NCBI GenBank assembly: GCA_038060895.1
Contig: JBBTCT010000002.1
Span: 128,001-192,000 of the forward strand
Direction of reading: 5' to 3'
Source: Planctomycetota bacterium
GTDB taxonomy: Bacteria > Planctomycetota > MHYJ01 > WSZJ01
DNA: 64,000 nucleotides
The notes under the pieces were generated by a model, which was not told the origin of the DNA, ran no database searches, and saw only the letters and a program-made list of their open reading frames with translations. Position 1 is the stretch's first letter. The number at the start of each line of letters is the position of its first letter. Of this stretch, positions 19,223 to 28,713 are shown piece after piece. The position numbers and the translations under genes were made by a program.

Positions 19223-19969
19223 CTACCTCAGCAGAGCCGCGATGACGTCGCGCGCCAGCCTCGGGTCGCCGGCGCAGCGGCGGTGGATGAAGAATCCCTT
19301 CGGCCGCGAGTAGGCGAAGTGCTCGGACCCGACGGCTTGCGCGGATTCGCGCGGGACGACGACGTCGCCCTCGGCCCAGTAGTTCGTGATGGGCATCGAC
19401 GTGGTCGAAGGGTCGCCGGCGAGCGACGCGAGGAAGTCGCTCGCGGGGCGGCAATCGGCGGCCTGGAGCGGGTAGGGAACGATCGGCCAGAATTTGCCCC
19501 AGGGCGAGCCGATGTGCGGCGTGGCGATCGCGAAAAGGCGCGCGATGCGGAGACGCCGTTCGCCGTGCGACGCCCGCGCGGCCTCGCGCGCGACGAGCCC
19601 GCCGGCGGAGTGCGCGACGACGTCAACCTCGCCAAGAAGCTCGCCGGCCGCGAGAACTTTTTCCACGGCCGCCGCCAGCCCTCCCGGGCCGCGCAGGTCG
19701 AGGCAGACGATTTCGCGCTCGCAGCCGCACGTCGAAGATTCGAGGAAGTCGCGGAAGCGCTTCCAGTTCGAGGGCGGCTCCATCCAGCCGGTCAGGAGGA
19801 GGACGGGGCGGCGAAGCGGTTTGGGCGCCTCCGCCATCGATTTCAGGTCCAGCTCCGCTTCGCGCTGCTCTGCGGCGACCTCTCGCGACCGCTTCTTTTC
19901 TGCGGCCGTGCATCCCGAGAGGAAGATCCCCCAGGCGAGGACCAGGACCGCCAGCGTGGCGCGCTTCAT
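19223..19969 (-). CDS. lipoprotein lipase/esterase (alpha/beta hydrolase)
   Basis: Lipobox LSGC, VVAHSAGG nucleophile elbow, IATPHIGS, GDVVVP. Confidence 0.85.
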   Translation of the reverse strand: MKRATLAVLVLAWGIFLSGCTAAEKKRSREVAAEQREAELDLKSMAEAPKPLRRPVLLLTGWMEPPSNWKRFRDFLESSTCGCEREIVCLDLRGPGGLAAAVEKVLAAGELLGEVDVVAHSAGGLVAREAARASHGERRLRIARLFAIATPHIGSPWGKFWPIVPYPLQAADCRPASDFLASLAGDPSTTSMPITNYWAEGDVVVPRESAQAVGSEHFAYSRPKGFFIHRRCAGDPRLARDVIAALLR

Positions 19970-20670
19970 TTCCCCTCGAGTTTGACTTCCTCAAGCTTCA
20001 CGTCGGCGGGGACCTTGTAGAGCGTCTCGTCCACGCCCTTGTTCATTTCGAATCCCGACATGCGGATGTCGATCGTGTCGCCGGTGACCTCGAGGACGAA
20101 GATGCGCGACACGACCCACTCCTTTGGATCGACCTCGATCCGCAGTTCCTTGATGAATTTCTTCAGCCGTTCGGAAGTCGGCGTCAGCTTCAGTTCCCAG
20201 CCCTTGCCCTCGGCCGGCTTGCCGGCCAGTTCCACGCCGAAGGACTTCTTCATCCCCGACAGCGAGCTCCCGATGGCCAGGAACTCCTGGACCTCGAACT
20301 TCCCCTTACCAAGGTCTGTCCACTCGCCCGCCTTTTCGTCGAGGCTGTACGAAATCAACTTGCTCTCGTCGCCCAGGATCAGCATCCGTTGCGGCGCGCT
20401 CTTTTCGCCGGTGTCCGGGTCCGATTCCCAGGACTCCCAGCAGATCCGCGTCCCCTTCTCCGCCTTCTTCACCGAGATGTTGCCCTTCACCACGATCGGC
20501 CGCTTGAGGACCTTCATCGTCTTTTCCTGCTTGAACGCCGCCTTGAGGTCCTTGAGCGTTTCGGCTTTCGCATCGACGTTTTTGAAGACGCTGTCGAGGT
20601 CGGCGGCGTCGTCGGCGCGCGCGGGGAGCAAGAGGGCGAGAAGGGCGGCGGCGGCGAGGAGGTTTCTCAT
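19966..20670 (-). CDS. LolA-like outer-membrane lipoprotein carrier
   Basis: Signal peptide, LKAAFKQEK, WELKLTP, C-terminal VDETLYKVPADV. Confidence 0.75.
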   Translation of the reverse strand: MRNLLAAAALLALLLPARADDAADLDSVFKNVDAKAETLKDLKAAFKQEKTMKVLKRPIVVKGNISVKKAEKGTRICWESWESDPDTGEKSAPQRMLILGDESKLISYSLDEKAGEWTDLGKGKFEVQEFLAIGSSLSGMKKSFGVELAGKPAEGKGWELKLTPTSERLKKFIKELRIEVDPKEWVVSRIFVLEVTGDTIDIRMSGFEMNKGVDETLYKVPADVKLEEVKLEGK

Positions 20671-20738
20671 GGTGAGATCCTAACAAAGGGGGAGAGGAGG
20701 CTCTTCCCGGGAAGTTTGGGATCTGCGGGCTTGCAGGG

Positions 20739-20850
20739 ACAAACGAAAGGAAAAACAAAAAACGAAAAAGGAAAAACGAAAAGGGAAAGGACCACGCGAA
20801 GCGGGGGTTTTCATTTTTTGTTTTTCCTTTTTCGGTTTTCGTTTCGTTGT
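20739..20850. repeat. inverted pair of heptamer tandem arrays (A-rich arm / T-rich arm)
   Basis: Left arm aggaaaa acaaaaa acgaaaa aggaaaa acgaaaa; right arm reverse complement aacgaaa accgaaa aaggaaa aacaaaa aatgaaa. Confidence 0.8.
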
Positions 20851-20911
20851 AGCCCTTTTTCCCGGCGCCGCCCCATAGAATGCCGTCAACGCTGCTTTGA
20901 AGAACAAACCA

Positions 20912-21640
20912 ATGCTGAAACTGATGTGGGGAGCCTGCCTCCTCCTCGTCGCGGTCGTCGTGGTCGCGATCGTGTGGCCGGCAACCACGGGCGCTCCTCC
21001 CGGCGCGTGGGGCTCCCTGACGTCGGGCTCCCCCGCCGCCGGTTCCCCCAACCTCATCCCGAACGGCGGCTTCGAGGGCGAACGCCTCGCCGGCTGGGCC
21101 CACCGCCCGCACGTCCATGTCCTTCCCTCCCGCCTCCCCGACCGCACGATGGACACCGAACTCCCCGAAGGCCGCATCGACCCGAGGGGCGGCCGCACCG
21201 GCGGCGCGTTCCGCTTCGCCGACCAGCGCGCCAAACGCGCCGACGTCGCCGCTTCATGGTCGCGGCCGATCACTCACTGCGACTGGTTCTTCGACGGCTA
21301 CGCCCGCGCCGCCGCAAAATCCGGCAAAGGCTGGGTCGGCATCGAGTTCGTGTTCGAGGGCGAAAAGGGCGAGCCGATCGCCTCGTACTTGTCCTGGCGC
21401 GGCCTGAACGGCGGGCGGCCGGAAGAGCGGCCCGGGCGGCTTCTGCTCGAGATGGCGCCGGCCGACGGAGGCTGGGGACGCGTCCCTGTCCGCACTTCTC
21501 ACGACGTCCAGGCCAACGGCCTGGCGATGCCCGCGAAACCGTCCTTCCTCACCGTGAACCTCTGGCTCTCCCTCGAGGACGCCCAGGCCGACGCCTGGTT
21601 CGACGACGTCGACCTGCGAGACATGGGGACGGGGCGATGA
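20912..21640 (+). CDS. membrane-anchored protein with CBM/galactose-binding-like beta sandwich
   Basis: N-terminal TM helix, NLIPNGGFE, terminal AWFDDVDL. Confidence 0.65.
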   Translation: MLKLMWGACLLLVAVVVVAIVWPATTGAPPGAWGSLTSGSPAAGSPNLIPNGGFEGERLAGWAHRPHVHVLPSRLPDRTMDTELPEGRIDPRGGRTGGAFRFADQRAKRADVAASWSRPITHCDWFFDGYARAAAKSGKGWVGIEFVFEGEKGEPIASYLSWRGLNGGRPEERPGRLLLEMAPADGGWGRVPVRTSHDVQANGLAMPAKPSFLTVNLWLSLEDAQADAWFDDVDLRDMGTGR

Positions 21641-22326
21641 AGCGACTCCTCGCGGCCACGCTGGCGCTTCTGGCGGGCTGCACCGCGGGCCCGGAGGCGC
21701 CGAAGCCCGCCGCCGACCGTTACCGCGAGGCCTGGACCGGTTTCGACATCGAGGCCGAGGCGATGCTTCGGGCCGCCGGGCGCAACCGCCTCAAGGTCGA
21801 AGCCTGCGCCGGCCGCGCACGCGCCGCCATCGACGACATGAAGTCGCTTCTCGACGCCGAACCCGCCGCGCGCCTCGCCGCGATCGGCGACCGCTTCACG
21901 GCGCTCTCCCGCACCATCGCCGCCGACAACGCCCTCTCCTCCGGTCAGGAACGCGCCGTCGGCTCCGTCCGCGACGAGATCGCGCGCGACTACTCCCCCG
22001 AAAAGGTCGCCGTCGTCGCGCGCGAACCCGAGCCGCCGCTTCCCGCCCCGCCCGGCGCGATGAAGCTCTGGGAAGCAGCGCATGCGCGCTTCGAGGACCA
22101 CGCGCGAGGGAACGAAAGCGCACGGGTTGTGCAGGATTATTCGGAAGTGCGCGTCGCGATGGAGGGGATGGTGAAGACCGACGACGACCGTCTGCGCGTG
22201 GAGAGATTCCTGAGGGAGTACGAGCGAGTGGCGGATGTCGTGCAGGCCGGAAAGGGAACGGAACAGGATTTGAAGGGGTTGTCCGTACTCGCCGCCGATA
22301 TCCGTGCGGCCTTCGGAGAAAAGTGA
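21637..22326 (+). CDS. helical lipoprotein, hypothetical
   Basis: ATGA overlap; MKRLLAATLALLAGC lipobox. Confidence 0.7.
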   Translation: MKRLLAATLALLAGCTAGPEAPKPAADRYREAWTGFDIEAEAMLRAAGRNRLKVEACAGRARAAIDDMKSLLDAEPAARLAAIGDRFTALSRTIAADNALSSGQERAVGSVRDEIARDYSPEKVAVVAREPEPPLPAPPGAMKLWEAAHARFEDHARGNESARVVQDYSEVRVAMEGMVKTDDDRLRVERFLREYERVADVVQAGKGTEQDLKGLSVLAADIRAAFGEK

Positions 22327-22847
22327 TGAGCGTTTACGACAAGAGCCAGTCGCAGAAGAACGGGTTTGAGCGTCTTCTCGCGAAAATCCCCGGCTTCAAG
22401 GGCTACCTCAGCAAGGAGTGCCGGCGCGAGAGCGACAAGATCGAGCGCGACCTGGTCGCGAAGGCGTTCGACGACGCGCGCGAGCCGCTCCGGCGCACGG
22501 TGCAGAAGGTCGCCGACACCGGCAGCTTCGACTCACTCCGCTGCATTTCCGGGATGGACCCGCTCGAAAAGCTCATCGAAAAAGTCGGCAACCGCATCCG
22601 CTTCGCCGACTACGGCTACTCCGGTTTCTTCGACACGATCAAGGTCGACGACGCCGCGCTCGAGAGGATGTACCAGTTTGACCTGGGGCTGTACGAGAAG
22701 GCGGAGCAGCTGTCGAAGCGGACGCGCGAGCTGCCGGGCCTTGCCGGCGACGCGGACTCGCTGAAGTCGGAGATCGAAATGCTGACGCAATTGATCCGCG
22801 AGATCGACAAGGAGTTCGACCAGCGGGAGAAGGTGCTTCTGACGTAA
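22326..22847 (+). CDS. conserved helical protein upstream of SPFH gene
   Basis: ERLLAKIPGFKGY...RESDK...ADYGYSGFFD...LERMYQFD; RBS GGAG. Confidence 0.75.
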   Translation: MSVYDKSQSQKNGFERLLAKIPGFKGYLSKECRRESDKIERDLVAKAFDDAREPLRRTVQKVADTGSFDSLRCISGMDPLEKLIEKVGNRIRFADYGYSGFFDTIKVDDAALERMYQFDLGLYEKAEQLSKRTRELPGLAGDADSLKSEIEMLTQLIREIDKEFDQREKVLLT

Positions 22848-22917
22848 TATTCCCCCGGCCCGTCGCCGCGCGGACATTCAAACTTCAACCCGTCCCGTTC
22901 AGAAAAGGCACACCGAA

Positions 22918-24006
22918 ATGGCCATCCTCGACGTCATCCAGTACCTCGACGAGTCCGGCCAGAACCTGGCGACCCGCATCGGCCCCTCGACCGTGAACAT
23001 GGGCTCGCAGCTCATCGTGCGCGAAACGCAGGCCGCGATCTTCTACCGCGACGGCAAGGCCTACGACACGTTCGGCGCCGGCCGCTACACGCTCACCACG
23101 CAGAACATCCCCCTTCTCGGCGCCGTCATGCGCATTCCCTTCGGCGGCGAGACCCCGTTTCCCGTCGAAGTCATCTTCCTCAACATGCGGGACATGCTCG
23201 ACCTCAAGTGGGGCACGAAGGAGCCGGTGACGTTCCGCGACGCGGAGTTCGGCGAGATCGACCTCAGGGCGTTCGGAAAATTCAGCCTGAAGATCCGCGA
23301 CCCGAAGCTCCTCGTGGGGACGATCGTCGGGCAGAAGTCGGTCTACCGCGTGGGCGAGCTCGAGGAATGGATGCGCGACATCATCGTGCAGCAGTTCCTG
23401 GACGCGCTCGGCGAGAAGATGACCTCCATGCTCGACCTCGCGAAAAACTACAACGAGATCGCACAGCTCATCAAGTCGAAGGTCTCGACCGACTTCGAGC
23501 GCTACGGAGTCGAGATCACTGCGTTCGTGCTCGGGGCGATCACGCCGCCGCCGGACGTGCAGGAAGCGATCCGGACGCGGCAGAAGCTGGGAATCCTGGG
23601 CCCGAAGATGGGGTTGCTCCAGCAGAAAGCGGCGGCGGACGCGATGGTCGAGGCCGCCAAGAATCCCGGAGGCGTCGCCGGTGCGGGCATCGGGCTCGGC
23701 GTCGGCATGATGATGCCGCAGATGATGGCCGCGGGGATGCAGCCGATGCACCAGCAGCAACAGGCCGCCGCGGCCACGGAGCCATGCCCGAAATGCAAGG
23801 CGCCGTACGCGAAGGGCGCAAAGTTCTGCGCGAGCTGCGGCGCGCCGACAGCAACGCTCTGCATCGCCTGCAAGGAGCCTCTCCCCTCCCCCGCCGCGAA
23901 ATTCTGCGCGGCCTGCGGGAAGCCGCAGACGGCCAGCTGTCCCAAGTGCAACGCGGTCCTGGCCGCGGGAGCCAAGTTCTGCGCGGGGTGCGGAAGTCCC
24001 GCTTAG
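22918..24006 (+). CDS. SPFH/Band-7 (YdjI-like) protein with C-terminal zinc ribbons
   Basis: GSQLIVRETQAAIF, TTQNIP, LKWGT, LRAFG; three CxxC...KFCxxCG ribbons. Confidence 0.9.
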   Translation: MAILDVIQYLDESGQNLATRIGPSTVNMGSQLIVRETQAAIFYRDGKAYDTFGAGRYTLTTQNIPLLGAVMRIPFGGETPFPVEVIFLNMRDMLDLKWGTKEPVTFRDAEFGEIDLRAFGKFSLKIRDPKLLVGTIVGQKSVYRVGELEEWMRDIIVQQFLDALGEKMTSMLDLAKNYNEIAQLIKSKVSTDFERYGVEITAFVLGAITPPPDVQEAIRTRQKLGILGPKMGLLQQKAAADAMVEAAKNPGGVAGAGIGLGVGMMMPQMMAAGMQPMHQQQQAAAATEPCPKCKAPYAKGAKFCASCGAPTATLCIACKEPLPSPAAKFCAACGKPQTASCPKCNAVLAAGAKFCAGCGSPA

Positions 24007-24035
24007 GCGAGAGGCTGTACCTGCTTCAAAAAGGA

Positions 24036-24069
24036 AAAGGCCCCGGCATTCACCGGGGCCTTTGCTTTT
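24036..24069. terminator. bidirectional intrinsic terminator
   Basis: AAAGGCCCCGG-cattca-CCGGGGCCTTT with A/T tracts on both sides, between convergent genes. Confidence 0.85.
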
Positions 24070-24085
24070 CTCCCGCTGCTCGCAC

Positions 24086-24568
24086 CTATCGCTTCTTCTT
24101 GCCCTTCTTCTTAGCCGGCTTCGCCTTCGAGGACTTCTTCTTCTTCGAACCGCGCGATCCGCGGCCTGAGGGCACGATCCCCAGCCCCTCACGCGCCACC
24201 ACCGACAGCACGTCGCGCACGCTCACCATCCCCATCAGCTTCTCGCCGTCAATCACAGGAAGGTGACGGAAGTTCCCGACGTGCATCTTTTCGCAGAGCG
24301 AAGCGAAGCTCTCGTCCGGCGGCACGCTGATCAGCTTCCCCGTCATTGCCTGGTCCACCGTCGCGCCGCGCGGGTCAAGCCCTGTCGCAACCACCCGCTT
24401 CAGCAGATCGCGTTCGCTGAAAATTCCCACCGGGCGCCCCTGCTCCGTGATCACCAGCGCTCCGATGTTGTGGAGGTGCATCTCCTTCACGGCGTCGAGA
24501 AGCGGAGTTCCTCGCTGAACGCTCTTCACGTTTCTCGACATGATGTCCGCCACCGATCTCGGCACCAT
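24086..24568 (-). CDS. CBS-pair protein with Lys-rich tail
   Basis: VADIMS, VGIFSERDL, FRHLPVID, GMVSVRD. Confidence 0.9.
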   Translation of the reverse strand: MVPRSVADIMSRNVKSVQRGTPLLDAVKEMHLHNIGALVITEQGRPVGIFSERDLLKRVVATGLDPRGATVDQAMTGKLISVPPDESFASLCEKMHVGNFRHLPVIDGEKLMGMVSVRDVLSVVAREGLGIVPSGRGSRGSKKKKSSKAKPAKKKGKKKR

Positions 24569-24603
24569 CAGACCACCCCCGCGTGTGTTGTCGTCATTGG
24601 GAT

Positions 24604-24632
24604 CCGCCTTCGCTCCTTCGGAGCTGCGGCGG
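24604..24632. repeat. REP-like short palindrome
   Basis: Intergenic CCGCCTTCGCTCCTTCGGAGCTGCGGCGG resembles the widespread CCGCCTTCGC..GCTACGGCGG repeat type. Confidence 0.45.
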
Positions 24633-24639
24633 GCTGTCG

Positions 24640-25362
24640 CTAACGGCCGTAACGCAACCGCTCGGCCAGGATTTCCGGAAGTCCTGCCTTCACAATTTTC
24701 CCGGCCGCCTTCTCGATATCGTACGGGATCCGGAAAATTTCCATCGCCCGCGTCGCTTCGTCATAAACCGCGTAGGCCGCGTCCGGGTTCTCGTCGCGCG
24801 GCTGCCCGACGCTTCCTACGTTCACAATCGTCTTCGCATTCGGATCGACGTTGATCTTCGGTTCCATCGTGAACGACACCGACCGCTTCTGGATGAACGT
24901 CACCGGCACGTGCGAGTGGCCCAGGAAACAGATGTGCGTCGTCATCTGCTCGAAGGACAGGTGCGCGTCGTAGGACGTCTGGATGTACTCGAAAAGCTCC
25001 GGCGAATGCAGCGTCGCGTGGACCAGCGTGCAGTCGTCGATCAGTTCCACCAGCGGCAGACTCGCCAGCCACGCCTTCTCCTCTTTCGTCAGCATCCGCC
25101 GCGTCCAGAGAGCCGCTTCCCGCGCGTAGCTGTTGAAGAAGTCCACGTTGATCTTGTCGATCGTCGCGAAATCGTGGTTCCCGGCGACCGTGGTGGCGCC
25201 GATCTCGCGGATCTTCGCGATGCAGGAGGACGGATCGGCGCCATACCCGACGACATCGCCAACGCACATCAGCTTGTCGGGTTTGTGCTTCTCCATCGCG
25301 GCGAGGACCGCTTCAAGCGCCTCGAGATTGCCGTGGATGTCGCCAAGGATGCCGTATTTCAT
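24640..25362 (-). CDS. calcineurin-like metallophosphoesterase
   Basis: GDIHGN, GDVVGYG, GNHD, GHSHVP, NVGSVGQPRD. Confidence 0.92.
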   Translation of the reverse strand: MKYGILGDIHGNLEALEAVLAAMEKHKPDKLMCVGDVVGYGADPSSCIAKIREIGATTVAGNHDFATIDKINVDFFNSYAREAALWTRRMLTKEEKAWLASLPLVELIDDCTLVHATLHSPELFEYIQTSYDAHLSFEQMTTHICFLGHSHVPVTFIQKRSVSFTMEPKINVDPNAKTIVNVGSVGQPRDENPDAAYAVYDEATRAMEIFRIPYDIEKAAGKIVKAGLPEILAERLRYGR

Positions 25363-25389
25363 CGGTGCTGTGTTTCCCCACCCCGCCGG

Positions 25390-26625
25390 TCAGCGGATCT
25401 CCTTGCGCGAGAAAAGAGCTGCGCCCGCGACGAGAACGAGCGCCGCGTAAGCGAAGCCATAACCCGCGCTCCAGCAGACGTAGGAGAGCGAGATTTCCCG
25501 GCCGGCCGCGACGAGGGATTCTACACGGGAATTTTCGAGATTGGGAAAAACCGCGTAAAAAATCCGCGCCAGCACCCGGACGGCCGCGGAATGGGCGGGC
25601 GAGTCGAGGGCGCGAAAGACGTAGTTGGAGACATGCCCGAGGAGAAAAATGAGGAAGGACACGGCGCCGTTGACGACGAGTGGGAAGTGAGGGGCGAGCG
25701 AGGCTGCAAAAGCGAGGAGGATGGCGACGCGAAAAACCGCGAGGAGCGAGCCCTTGGCGATCTGCGCGGCTTCGAAAGTCCAGAAGCGCGCCCAGGCCAG
25801 TTGTGCGGTCCCGTGGCGGGACGGTGCGAGGCGGACATCGCCTGAAGACGGCGGAAGTTCTGCGCGGGCCCGGGACCGGTCAGGGGGCGTGTCAAGCGGC
25901 GTCCCGCCAGGCGCGAGCCACGGCTGTCCGATGGCGACGAGGATCATGCCGCGGCCGCCCTCGTTCCAGCTCTTCAGGATAAGCCACTTGCGACCCTCGA
26001 CCTCGAGCTGCCCCTGGGCGAAGCGGCCCCCGTCGGGGCAGCCTGCGAAGCGTGCGGCGCGCGAATCGGCGGCCGGGAGCGAGCGCGAGAGCGTCACTTC
26101 GGCTGTGAAGGGACAGTCTTCCGGGACTCCCTTGACGCCCTCAATCGCCGCGACGAAATCCCTCTTGTCCTTGAGATCGGATGAATCGTGAAACGTGACC
26201 TTTTCTACTGTCGAGAGTTCTTCGAGCCGAGGGCCCGCTTCCTTCTGCCAGAGAGTCGCCAGCAGCACTCCCGCAAGGACGAGGCTGGAGAATCCGACGG
26301 TCAGCAGGATTCCGGCGTACTTCCCCGCCAGGAACTGCGCGCGGGAAATTGGTTTCGACAGCACGGTGAGGGCGACTAGAAGTTCCATGTCGCGCGTGAT
26401 GACGAGCCACGAGAGCAGGACGGACAGGAGGGCGCCGCAGAGGGCGATGGAGGAAATCCCCATTTCGCGGAGGAGGGTTCCCTCGAGAGATTCGTCGAGG
26501 GTGAACATCGTGAAAAACTGCGAAGTCCAGATCATGGCCGCGAAGCCGGAAGTGAGGATCCAGAAGAGTGGCTGGCGAAGAGACTGGTGCGCCGTGTGAA
26601 TCGCGACAACAAGGATTTTATACAT
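25390..26625 (-). CDS. ABC-2-type transporter permease with large extracytoplasmic insert
   Basis: TM helices, LTVLSKPISRAQFLAGKYAG, VFPNLE, terminal LFSRKEI. Confidence 0.8.
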   Translation of the reverse strand: MYKILVVAIHTAHQSLRQPLFWILTSGFAAMIWTSQFFTMFTLDESLEGTLLREMGISSIALCGALLSVLLSWLVITRDMELLVALTVLSKPISRAQFLAGKYAGILLTVGFSSLVLAGVLLATLWQKEAGPRLEELSTVEKVTFHDSSDLKDKRDFVAAIEGVKGVPEDCPFTAEVTLSRSLPAADSRAARFAGCPDGGRFAQGQLEVEGRKWLILKSWNEGGRGMILVAIGQPWLAPGGTPLDTPPDRSRARAELPPSSGDVRLAPSRHGTAQLAWARFWTFEAAQIAKGSLLAVFRVAILLAFAASLAPHFPLVVNGAVSFLIFLLGHVSNYVFRALDSPAHSAAVRVLARIFYAVFPNLENSRVESLVAAGREISLSYVCWSAGYGFAYAALVLVAGAALFSRKEIR

Positions 26626-26632
26626 AGTTTTG

Positions 26633-26920
26633 CTAGGATCTCACTGTAAATGCAGAGAATTCACCCGATGGATGTCCAGAAATAGCCTCGTGACTATCTA
26701 CATATCGAGACATTGTCGTCAATAGATTGTTAAGAAACTCCTTCGTGACAGCCTCCTCCGCTTCAGCAACACACCGGACCGAGCCGTCAGGCTCATTTCG
26801 CACCCAGCCGAGCACGCCGAAGCGGGCGGCCGCCGCGCCGGCGCGGGCGCGGAACCCGACTCCCTGGACGCGGCCGCGGAAAACAAGTTCGAGTCGGGAA
26901 GCGGGCATGGAGGTCAGCAT
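26633..26920 (-). CDS. acyP: acylphosphatase
   Basis: GRVQGVGFR and GWVRNEPDGSV signatures; start uncertain. Confidence 0.9.
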   Translation of the reverse strand: MLTSMPASRLELVFRGRVQGVGFRARAGAAAARFGVLGWVRNEPDGSVRCVAEAEEAVTKEFLNNLLTTMSRYVDSHEAISGHPSGEFSAFTVRS

Positions 26921-27089
26921 GGTATCAGGGTAGTGACTGCACGCCAAGGCGGGCTGGAAGGTCCCCTGGAAGCTGTAGCTGCGCTCCGCCGGGATGAGGC
27001 ACGAGAGGATTGCGCTGTTCGTGGAGAGTTTCTATAATGACGCCGCATTGACGTATTTAAGCATCTTTTTCATCAGCAAGGCTGCACAC

Positions 27090-27860
27090 ATGGGGTATGT
27101 GCTCGCGATCGCGAATCACAAAGGCGGAGTCGGCAAAACGACTTCCGCGATCAACCTTGGAACACTCCTCGCCTTGACCGGACGCAAGACCCTGATCCTG
27201 GATCTCGACCTCCAGGGAAATGCCACCAGTGGCCTCGGAGTCCGCAAGGAGGACAAGCCAGGACTTGCCAGCATCCTCCTTGACAACGCACCTCTCGCGG
27301 ACGTTGTATGCCCGTGCTACTGCGACGACCTGTTCGTCCTCCCTCTCGGCCGGCGCTCAGGAGCCATCGAAGAAGAAATTCGCACGCAACCACTTCTCAT
27401 GGAGCGCCTAGAGAACATCCTGGATCAGATCGCCGCCGCCTGGGAGTACGTCATTCTCGACTGTCCCCCGGCCTTCGGAATACTCCCGAACTCAGCGATC
27501 CGCCTGGCTCAATACACGCTCATTCCTGTCCAGTGCGAGTTCTTTTCCATCGAAGGATTGACTGCCATGCTGAAGCGCCTACAGGAGCTTCAGACCAGCG
27601 GTTCTCGGAGTCCGCGCACGGGAGTCGTTCTGACCATGTACTCACCGGATGATGAGCACTCAGCCCAGATTCGAACCGAAGTCGAGCGCCATTTCTCATC
27701 GCTACTTCTGAAACCAATCATTCCTCGCGATCCCATCCTGTCCCAGTCGACCTCGCTCGGCATTCCCGCCGTTATCCAGGCACCGGAATCTCGCGGCGTC
27801 CGGGCTTACCTCGAACTCGCTTGGGAGATCCTGAACAATGAAAGGCAAGAAACTCGGTAA
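27090..27860 (+). CDS. parA: ParA/Soj partitioning ATPase
   Basis: KGGVGKTT, DLDLQGNATSGLG, LDCPP, PVQCEFFSIEGL. Confidence 0.93.
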   Translation: MGYVLAIANHKGGVGKTTSAINLGTLLALTGRKTLILDLDLQGNATSGLGVRKEDKPGLASILLDNAPLADVVCPCYCDDLFVLPLGRRSGAIEEEIRTQPLLMERLENILDQIAAAWEYVILDCPPAFGILPNSAIRLAQYTLIPVQCEFFSIEGLTAMLKRLQELQTSGSRSPRTGVVLTMYSPDDEHSAQIRTEVERHFSSLLLKPIIPRDPILSQSTSLGIPAVIQAPESRGVRAYLELAWEILNNERQETR

Positions 27861-28713
27861 GGGGCTTGATTACCTGCTCGGCGAAGCGCTGGGTTCCCCC
27901 TCAGAGCCTGCAGTTGTGTCCGCCGCCTTCCCCGGCAGTCAGGAGATCGCGCTCAAACAGATTCGGCCAAATCCCTTCCAGCCACGAAAGACCTGGGACA
28001 ACGCCGAAATCGAAGAACTGGCTTCCAGCATCCGGGAGCAAGGGCTCATCCAACCCATCGTTGTTCGAAAGGTTGGTGAGAACTTCCAGATTGTTGCCGG
28101 CGAGCGGCGCTTTCGTGCGCTTCAGCACCTGGGCAGGGAGTCCGCCCCCGTCGTTGTGCGCGAGATGGACGACCGGGGGATGCTGGAAGTAGCTCTGGTT
28201 GAGAATCTGCAGCGAAAGGACCTCACGCCCATTGAGAAGGCGCAAGCGTTCAGGGCCCTGATCGATCGCTTCCGCCTGACTCACGAAGCCGTTTCCGCGC
28301 GCCTGGGGATGGATCGATCTACTGTCACTAATTTCCTCCGACTTCTCGATCTTCCAGAGCTGATTCGCGAGGCTGTTTCACGTGGAACAATCTCGATGGG
28401 ACATGCGCGGAGCCTGGTTGCCCTGACCTCACCGGCGGAACAGCTCGTCCTTGCGAAGAGGATCGAGCGCGAAGGGATGTCGGTGAGAAAGCTCGAGAAA
28501 CTGGTCCAGCATCTAAAGTCTCCGCCGCTTCCCAAGGCTGCGGATAGCGGCCCAGTAAGCGCCGCAGTGGTCAAAGACTGGGAAGAGCGACTTCGCGGTC
28601 ACTTTGAAACGAAGGTGCGAGTCCGAATGGGGAAGAATCGTGGCGCCATCATCGTTGAGTTCTACAACCTGGACGACTTCGAGAGAGTGGTGGGCAAGAT
28701 GGGAATGGCTTGA
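27838..28713 (+). CDS. parB: ParB/Spo0J partitioning protein
   Basis: LGKGLDYLL, NPFQPRK, GERRFRA, ENLQRKDL, HTH RSTVTNFLRLL. Confidence 0.95.
   Translation: MKGKKLGKGLDYLLGEALGSPSEPAVVSAAFPGSQEIALKQIRPNPFQPRKTWDNAEIEELASSIREQGLIQPIVVRKVGENFQIVAGERRFRALQHLGRESAPVVVREMDDRGMLEVALVENLQRKDLTPIEKAQAFRALIDRFRLTHEAVSARLGMDRSTVTNFLRLLDLPELIREAVSRGTISMGHARSLVALTSPAEQLVLAKRIEREGMSVRKLEKLVQHLKSPPLPKAADSGPVSAAVVKDWEERLRGHFETKVRVRMGKNRGAIIVEFYNLDDFERVVGKMGMA
28374..28389. promoter_or_regulatory. parS centromere-like site inside parB
   Basis: TGTTTCACGTGGAACA matches the bacterial parS consensus TGTTnCACGTGAAACA. Confidence 0.85.
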
